DNA of 39,943 nucleotides from Basidiobolus ranarum (Eukaryota): NCBI GenBank assembly GCA_040143965.1, contig JASJQH010006915.1, positions 1 to 39,943 of the forward strand, read 5' to 3'. Shown piece by piece: positions 34,706 to 39,943 of this stretch (position 1 is its first letter; each line of letters starts with the position of its first letter). The notes under the pieces were generated by a model. It saw only the letters and a program-made list of their open reading frames with translations, ran no database searches and was not told where the DNA came from. The position numbers and the translations under genes were made by a program.

Positions 34706-36907
34706 ATGACCTCAACGACCAAACAGTTAACCAAATGGCTTTGTCTCTCTACGCGTATCAACATTTCAACAGGAGCCTTGAAACAACACATACTCAAAGG
34801 ATTTCCAAGTTTACTACTACTGGGAAGGCAACACCTTCAATTTTCTCCTAGAAATCTCTCTACTTTACCACATGTACTCCTTGAAGGGCCTCAAGTTGAT
34901 GTATCCACAACGAAAGAAGCCCTCCGTGACCTTCGTAAGGGGTTGAAGCTTAATAATGTGGAACTTACTTGGACTGCTTTTCAAAGCTTAAAGTATCAAA
35001 AACTAGACAAAAATTATTTGTCACTTATACTTCGACTTTTACTCAAAGAAGATAAAAATAGCCCTCGGTTTTCCTCCAAGTATCAAGAACTCTTACTTTA
35101 CATTGAACGACATGAGCTTCAGTTTAATACTCTGCGTGACTTTACTACTCTCATCTCTTGTCACGCCGCACTTGGCAATTGGAGGCTAGCAATTGAGAAA
35201 TACTCACTGGCTGAATCAACTTGTGGGAAAGAAATGAATGTGGCATTTTTCACCAAGATGATTCATATATTTTCAAAGTTAAGTGTGAGTAAAGTATTGG
35301 AAATCAAGAACGATATGGAGTCCAAGGGGATCCTCTTGAATTGTCATACATTCAATGCTCTACTGAAAACTTCCAAAATTCACCGAGATTCTACCAGTTT
35401 AAGGAGATTTTATCAGGAGATGATGGATTCTGGAATAAGTCCAGATGTTGTTACATATAATACTTTGATATCTGCTTACTCCAAATTAGACGATATTTCT
35501 AAAGTTAATCAGATATACATGGAGATGCGAGATCGTAAAGTTTGGCCAGATAGAATAACCTTCAACACATTGATCAAGGCATTTGCCAACAAATCCGAAA
35601 TAGACCGGGCTATGGAGCTTTATCGTATTATGCAGCGCAGAGGGGTGGTCCCTGATGCGGTCACCTACAATTCATTGATAGATACATTCATGCGTCAAAA
35701 GAATTACGATGCTTCCATGGGGATTTACAAGTCGATGATCAAACGCGGCGTTCAGCCAACCGTGGTTACCTACACAATCCTGATCAATGGGTTTATCAAG
35801 AACTCTGACTTCACTCGCGTTAATCAACTGTACGGAGAGATGTCAAAGTGTGGAGTCACGCCCAACGTCATCACATATAGTACACTAATCAATGGGTTTA
35901 TCCAAAGAGACCAAATACACATGGCCAATCTGATATATCAAGATATGTTGAAACGTCAAATCTATCCAGACACCGTGGTGTTCACCAATCTTATCCATGG
36001 ATACGTTAGAAATTGCAAGATGACCAAAGCCATGAAGATATTTCGGGACATGATCCACCTCAACTGTCCACCTTCCATCGTCACTTACAGCATACTTATC
36101 GACGGCTTCGCAAAATCGTACGACATGAAACAAGCAATTGATCTGTACAAAACACTGTTGACCACAGATCTTCGTCCAACCGCCATTACCCTGAATACGC
36201 TGATCTTTGGCTACTCGAAAGTTCGGAATGTCCAAGGTGCCTTTGAAATATTCGAAGAATTCCCGAAATACAACTTGAAGGCCGACGTGGTTACGTACAA
36301 TATCTTGATGGAGACATGCTTCCGTAGTAATCGAGTAGACAAAGGATTCAAACTTTATCAAGAGCTACTCGAGAAAGGCATCCAACCAAGTACATTCACT
36401 TACGCAGTCTTAATGAACCATTATAATTTCACTGGACAAACACAAAAGCTAATTGATCTATGGGAACATGCAAAGTCAAGATATCCAAAAAAAGAACTCA
36501 CCGCATTGGTCTCCGTTTTGATCGATTCTTGCGGATTTAATAGAGACCTAAGTTCCTTAGAAATCACTTGGGAATCATTAAACAAGGAAGGTATCCCATT
36601 GAATGAAAACAACTATAATTCTTATCTGGAAGCTCTGTGCCGACATAAAGCGTTCCCAAGAGCTATCGAGGTTTTCCGAAAGTTGGGTGATCATGGAGTC
36701 CAACCCTCGGTCAAAACATGCAAAGTGTTAATTCACTCACTCAGAGCGAATAGAAGGTTTGGTGACCTACTTCAAGTCTATCACTACCTAGAAGACTCCT
36801 ATCCTTCTCTTTTTCAACTGATCAATCCACTGCCACCAAAGCAAGAGACTGTTGATGATGGCACCTATGCTTACTTGGAATCTATCCTAGGCCAAAGAGA
36901 CGGATAA
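34706..36907 (+). CDS. P-type pentatricopeptide repeat protein, 733 aa, intronless, likely mitochondrial
   Basis: About 11 contiguous ~35-aa repeats (e.g. VVTYNTLISAYSKLDDISKVNQIYMEMRDRKVWPD) and a basic presequence-like N-terminus; no E/DYW or SMR domain visible. Confidence 0.93.
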   Translation: MTSTTKQLTKWLCLSTRINISTGALKQHILKGFPSLLLLGRQHLQFSPRNLSTLPHVLLEGPQVDVSTTKEALRDLRKGLKLNNVELTWTAFQSLKYQKLDKNYLSLILRLLLKEDKNSPRFSSKYQELLLYIERHELQFNTLRDFTTLISCHAALGNWRLAIEKYSLAESTCGKEMNVAFFTKMIHIFSKLSVSKVLEIKNDMESKGILLNCHTFNALLKTSKIHRDSTSLRRFYQEMMDSGISPDVVTYNTLISAYSKLDDISKVNQIYMEMRDRKVWPDRITFNTLIKAFANKSEIDRAMELYRIMQRRGVVPDAVTYNSLIDTFMRQKNYDASMGIYKSMIKRGVQPTVVTYTILINGFIKNSDFTRVNQLYGEMSKCGVTPNVITYSTLINGFIQRDQIHMANLIYQDMLKRQIYPDTVVFTNLIHGYVRNCKMTKAMKIFRDMIHLNCPPSIVTYSILIDGFAKSYDMKQAIDLYKTLLTTDLRPTAITLNTLIFGYSKVRNVQGAFEIFEEFPKYNLKADVVTYNILMETCFRSNRVDKGFKLYQELLEKGIQPSTFTYAVLMNHYNFTGQTQKLIDLWEHAKSRYPKKELTALVSVLIDSCGFNRDLSSLEITWESLNKEGIPLNENNYNSYLEALCRHKAFPRAIEVFRKLGDHGVQPSVKTCKVLIHSLRANRRFGDLLQVYHYLEDSYPSLFQLINPLPPKQETVDDGTYAYLESILGQRDG

Positions 36908-37618
36908 AATATGGATTTCATTCCCATCCATTCCACATCATTCCCATCATATAAACTTGTACTGTATTTTAAAGAACTAGCATTTCATTCTTATTGGTTA
37001 CAATTCGTATATAACCCATTACCACCTTCTCTCCTCTCCACGCCACCATTCCCTACCTGTTTGCCTCTTTATTATTAGCCATGTACATATATGTTCAAAA
37101 TAGAATATCCAACGCTGATGCTTATCTTGTGTTCGCGAAATGTACTCCGTTAACAAGAATAATAGAAATGGAAATAAATTTAGCCTTCATGCCTAAATTA
37201 ATTCATATAACGAATTGGTTTGGTTGGGTCTGATCTGTTCTGGTTTGTGATGAATATCATTAACGAAGGCTTTGTTGTGTTCGAAATGTCTCGAAAAATA
37301 CAAATAACTATACAATACACTAAAGAATATTGTAAAAAATGGAGGGGGTGAATATGTGAAAGTTGGTGATGAGGAAGAGAAATATGAGAATTGGTGTGGA
37401 ATAGAATGAAGTATTGAAATAAACTATGCTGAAAGGTATGGGTTGGTTCATGAAATTGTACGGATTTTTAGGTCAGCAACTAGATACGAAATATAGGTGA
37501 TGAAGAATGCTTAGATGTGTTGGGAGAAGTGGGAGATGGGAAAGTGACGGGTTAAAATGATGAGGAGAAGAGGACCATTTCAACAATCTAATAAATGACA
37601 ATGTAAATAATAAAAACT

Positions 37619-39943
37619 CTAGACAAGGTGTGGATATTCCTTTTGTATATATCTCATCACCTCCTGTACATCCTCAACTCTACCCTGTCTCTCAAGTGGT
37701 GATACTAATGTGCGGACGGTCTTTGCGCTAGGCTGGATTTGGTCTTCCTTTAATTCCTTAAGGAACACTCTCTTGGCTTCGTCAAAGAACCCTAGCCGAC
37801 AATAAGCCTCGATGCAAGAATTATATGTGTTTTCGGCGATCTTTGAAGGATAATCAGCTTTAAGTTTTGCCCAAGTGGATGTCAGTACCTTTTCATCACC
37901 ACAAAATCCACATGCGTCAAGTAGTAATGACATGGAGGCGTGTAAGGACTCGGCTGGGAACTGAGATTTAGTTTGATCCCAAATATTAAACACTTGGGAT
38001 AGCTCTTGATTACGGGAATAATGTCCCATTAGAATGGAGTAGGTATGCGAGGTGGGTGGAATATTGGCTTCCTGCATCTTAGCATACCAAGACATCCCTT
38101 CTTCCACTTTCCCTGCTTTAAGATAGCCATCTATGACTGTATCATAAGTGACAGAGTTGGGGGCAATTCCTTTCGTCGCCATATCCTTAAACACACCAAT
38201 CGCCTTTTCCATGTCTTCTACCATTGTGTACCCATGTATCAGAGTGCTATAAGTGACAACGTTTGGACGAACATGATTGTCAATCATCTTCTGATAAATC
38301 TCAAGAGCTTTGGGGATATCAGACATCTTCACATATCCGTCAACAAGGGAATTATAGGTATTTATATTGGGTTGAAGTCCTCGATCTTGCATCTTTCGTA
38401 CTATCAAAATCGCAGCATCCAATTGAGTATTCTTCGCCAAACCAGATATAAGAGTGTTGAATGTGGGGACATCGGGGACAAAACCTCGTTTTAACATATC
38501 TTCGTATATCTCATTTGCTTGATCGATTGCTCCATGCATGGCGTACCCATGAATCATAATACTATAAGTACGATTATCAGGGAGTAGTTTGCGATCGAAC
38601 ATTTTCTTCCAAGTTTGTTTGACTTGCTCGAAGCTCGAATCGGTAGTGAAGTACACCTGAAGAAGTGAGTTAAAGGTCGTGACATCCGGAGCAACACCCT
38701 TCCTTAGCATATCCTGGAACAGTTGACGGGGTTTCTTAAAGTCACCATGCTGAAAATGTCCGTGAATAAGGATGTTAAAGGTGCGAGCACTAAGCCTCAC
38801 TTTGTGGCTCACCATTTCATCGTAAATCTTCATAGCCTTGGTAAGGTCGGAACCTTTGATAAATGAGGATATTAAGGTATTGTAGGTCACGAGATCAGGG
38901 GAAATCCGTTTGCTCCTCATCTCATTGTACAGCGATAGCACCTTTTCGTGGGCCCCAGAATGCGAAAACAAGTTGATCAATGTGGAGTAAGTGAAAAGGT
39001 CGGGGGTGATTTTGGACTGGAGCATGTCGTTGTAAATCGTATTAGCCATAGGGAAGTCGCCTTGTTTTGTATAGGCACTAATCAGGGTATTGTAAACTGA
39101 GATCTCAGCAGGAACATTCTCTTTTTTCATATCCAGATAGACTTCCTTTGCCTTTCCCAAATTCGCTTCCTTGACACAATTGTGGATCAGGGTGTTGTAA
39201 GTGCTTTGGTTAGGAATTAGTCCAAACTTCTTGATGCTTTGATATATATCAAGAGCTTGAGGCAGTTGCGACACGCGAGCATAAGCTCCGATTAGAATAT
39301 TGAATGTAGTCACATCGGGAGGAAGCTTCTGCATTTGCATTTGACGATACAGCTCCTGGACTTTGATGATGTCTCTCTTAGCTGAATGGCCGGACAACAT
39401 CGTGTTGAATGTGACTATGTCTGGATTTATTTTAGCCTTAACCATATCTTGATACATAGCAACGGCCCTATTCATATCGCCACTCCGAATGTATAAACTC
39501 ATGAGTATATTGTATGTATAAAGGTCGGGGTTGATTGTGTGAGAGCGCATCTCGTTGTACAACAGGGAAGCTTTATGTGTTTGTAGGTTGTTACAATACC
39601 ACTTGATGAAGGTGAAGTAGGTGTTAGGAGTTGGAGTGATATTCCTAGATTTGAGTTCACGTTGCCACTCCTCTATTTGACGAGCATTCAATGACTTTGT
39701 GTGGTAATGACTGACCACCAAAGTTTCATAATGAGAAGCTGTAGGTTTGATACCATGTTTAAGCATTTCGGTAAATATGGAGTATATCCTCTTAGTATCA
39801 CGTTGCTTTGCATACACCTTAAGAAGTGCGTCATAGACGTCAGCATTAGGACTCAACCCCGCTTTGATCATCTCCGTTTTCAATTCCAAAGCCTCCTTAG
39901 AGTTTCGTTTTCCAAGTATGGTTATAAGATCCGCATAAGCTTT
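37619..39943 (-). CDS. P-type pentatricopeptide repeat protein, 5'-truncated by window edge, intronless in the visible part
   Basis: About 18 tandem PPR repeats (e.g. VVTYSTLIHGYTMVEDMEKAIGVFKDMATKGIAPN). The frame stays open from 39943 (KAYADLITILGKRNSKEALELK). Confidence 0.93.
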   Translation of the reverse strand, partial: KAYADLITILGKRNSKEALELKTEMIKAGLSPNADVYDALLKVYAKQRDTKRIYSIFTEMLKHGIKPTASHYETLVVSHYHTKSLNARQIEEWQRELKSRNITPTPNTYFTFIKWYCNNLQTHKASLLYNEMRSHTINPDLYTYNILMSLYIRSGDMNRAVAMYQDMVKAKINPDIVTFNTMLSGHSAKRDIIKVQELYRQMQMQKLPPDVTTFNILIGAYARVSQLPQALDIYQSIKKFGLIPNQSTYNTLIHNCVKEANLGKAKEVYLDMKKENVPAEISVYNTLISAYTKQGDFPMANTIYNDMLQSKITPDLFTYSTLINLFSHSGAHEKVLSLYNEMRSKRISPDLVTYNTLISSFIKGSDLTKAMKIYDEMVSHKVRLSARTFNILIHGHFQHGDFKKPRQLFQDMLRKGVAPDVTTFNSLLQVYFTTDSSFEQVKQTWKKMFDRKLLPDNRTYSIMIHGYAMHGAIDQANEIYEDMLKRGFVPDVPTFNTLISGLAKNTQLDAAILIVRKMQDRGLQPNINTYNSLVDGYVKMSDIPKALEIYQKMIDNHVRPNVVTYSTLIHGYTMVEDMEKAIGVFKDMATKGIAPNSVTYDTVIDGYLKAGKVEEGMSWYAKMQEANIPPTSHTYSILMGHYSRNQELSQVFNIWDQTKSQFPAESLHASMSLLLDACGFCGDEKVLTSTWAKLKADYPSKIAENTYNSCIEAYCRLGFFDEAKRVFLKELKEDQIQPSAKTVRTLVSPLERQGRVEDVQEVMRYIQKEYPHLV

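Noticed and set aside
1748-38494. Many 60-160 aa antisense or overlapping ORFs in the track (e.g. 4123-4410, 35885-36361, 38045-38494)
   Set aside because: Shadows of real genes or intron read-throughs; no motifs, often non-ATG starts.
1-39943. CRISPR arrays, rRNA, tRNA, prokaryotic operons, selenocysteine read-through
   Set aside because: No repeat-spacer array, rRNA or tRNA motifs, or conserved in-frame TGA seen; the window is eukaryotic.

Overview
AT-rich, intron-rich eukaryotic DNA with short (mostly 55-100 nt) GT-AG introns. Gene content (LYS2, two Zn2Cys6 factors, ORM1, Kic1/Nak1-like kinase) identifies a fungus. Intron density, a DEK-like gene and long canonical PPR arrays suggest an early-diverging lineage such as Zoopagomycota/Mucoromycota (inference). 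In order: decayed CpG-free Ty1/copia relic; PAF-acetylhydrolase (-); Zn2Cys6 TF (-); LYS2 (+); DEK/SAP-HMG chromatin protein (-, mostly missed by the ORF track); an unannotated minus-strand region dense in splice donors (14.7-15.4 kb); Zn2Cys6-PAS TF (+); BAP31/YET (+); ORM1 (+); fasciclin protein (+); STE20/GCK kinase (-); mitochondrial RCC1-repeat protein (-); COX18 (+); NOPCHAP1-like (-); RRP45 (+); ARP5 (+); and two convergent intronless P-type PPR genes, the second truncated by the window end. Best leads: (1) the cryptic multi-intron transcript with candidate nested twin introns (stwintrons), a 6-nt microexon and end-to-end base pairing; (2) the PPR pair with readable plant-type RNA-recognition codes; (3) the DEK-HMG fusion. 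All exon boundaries were read by eye; no searches were run.
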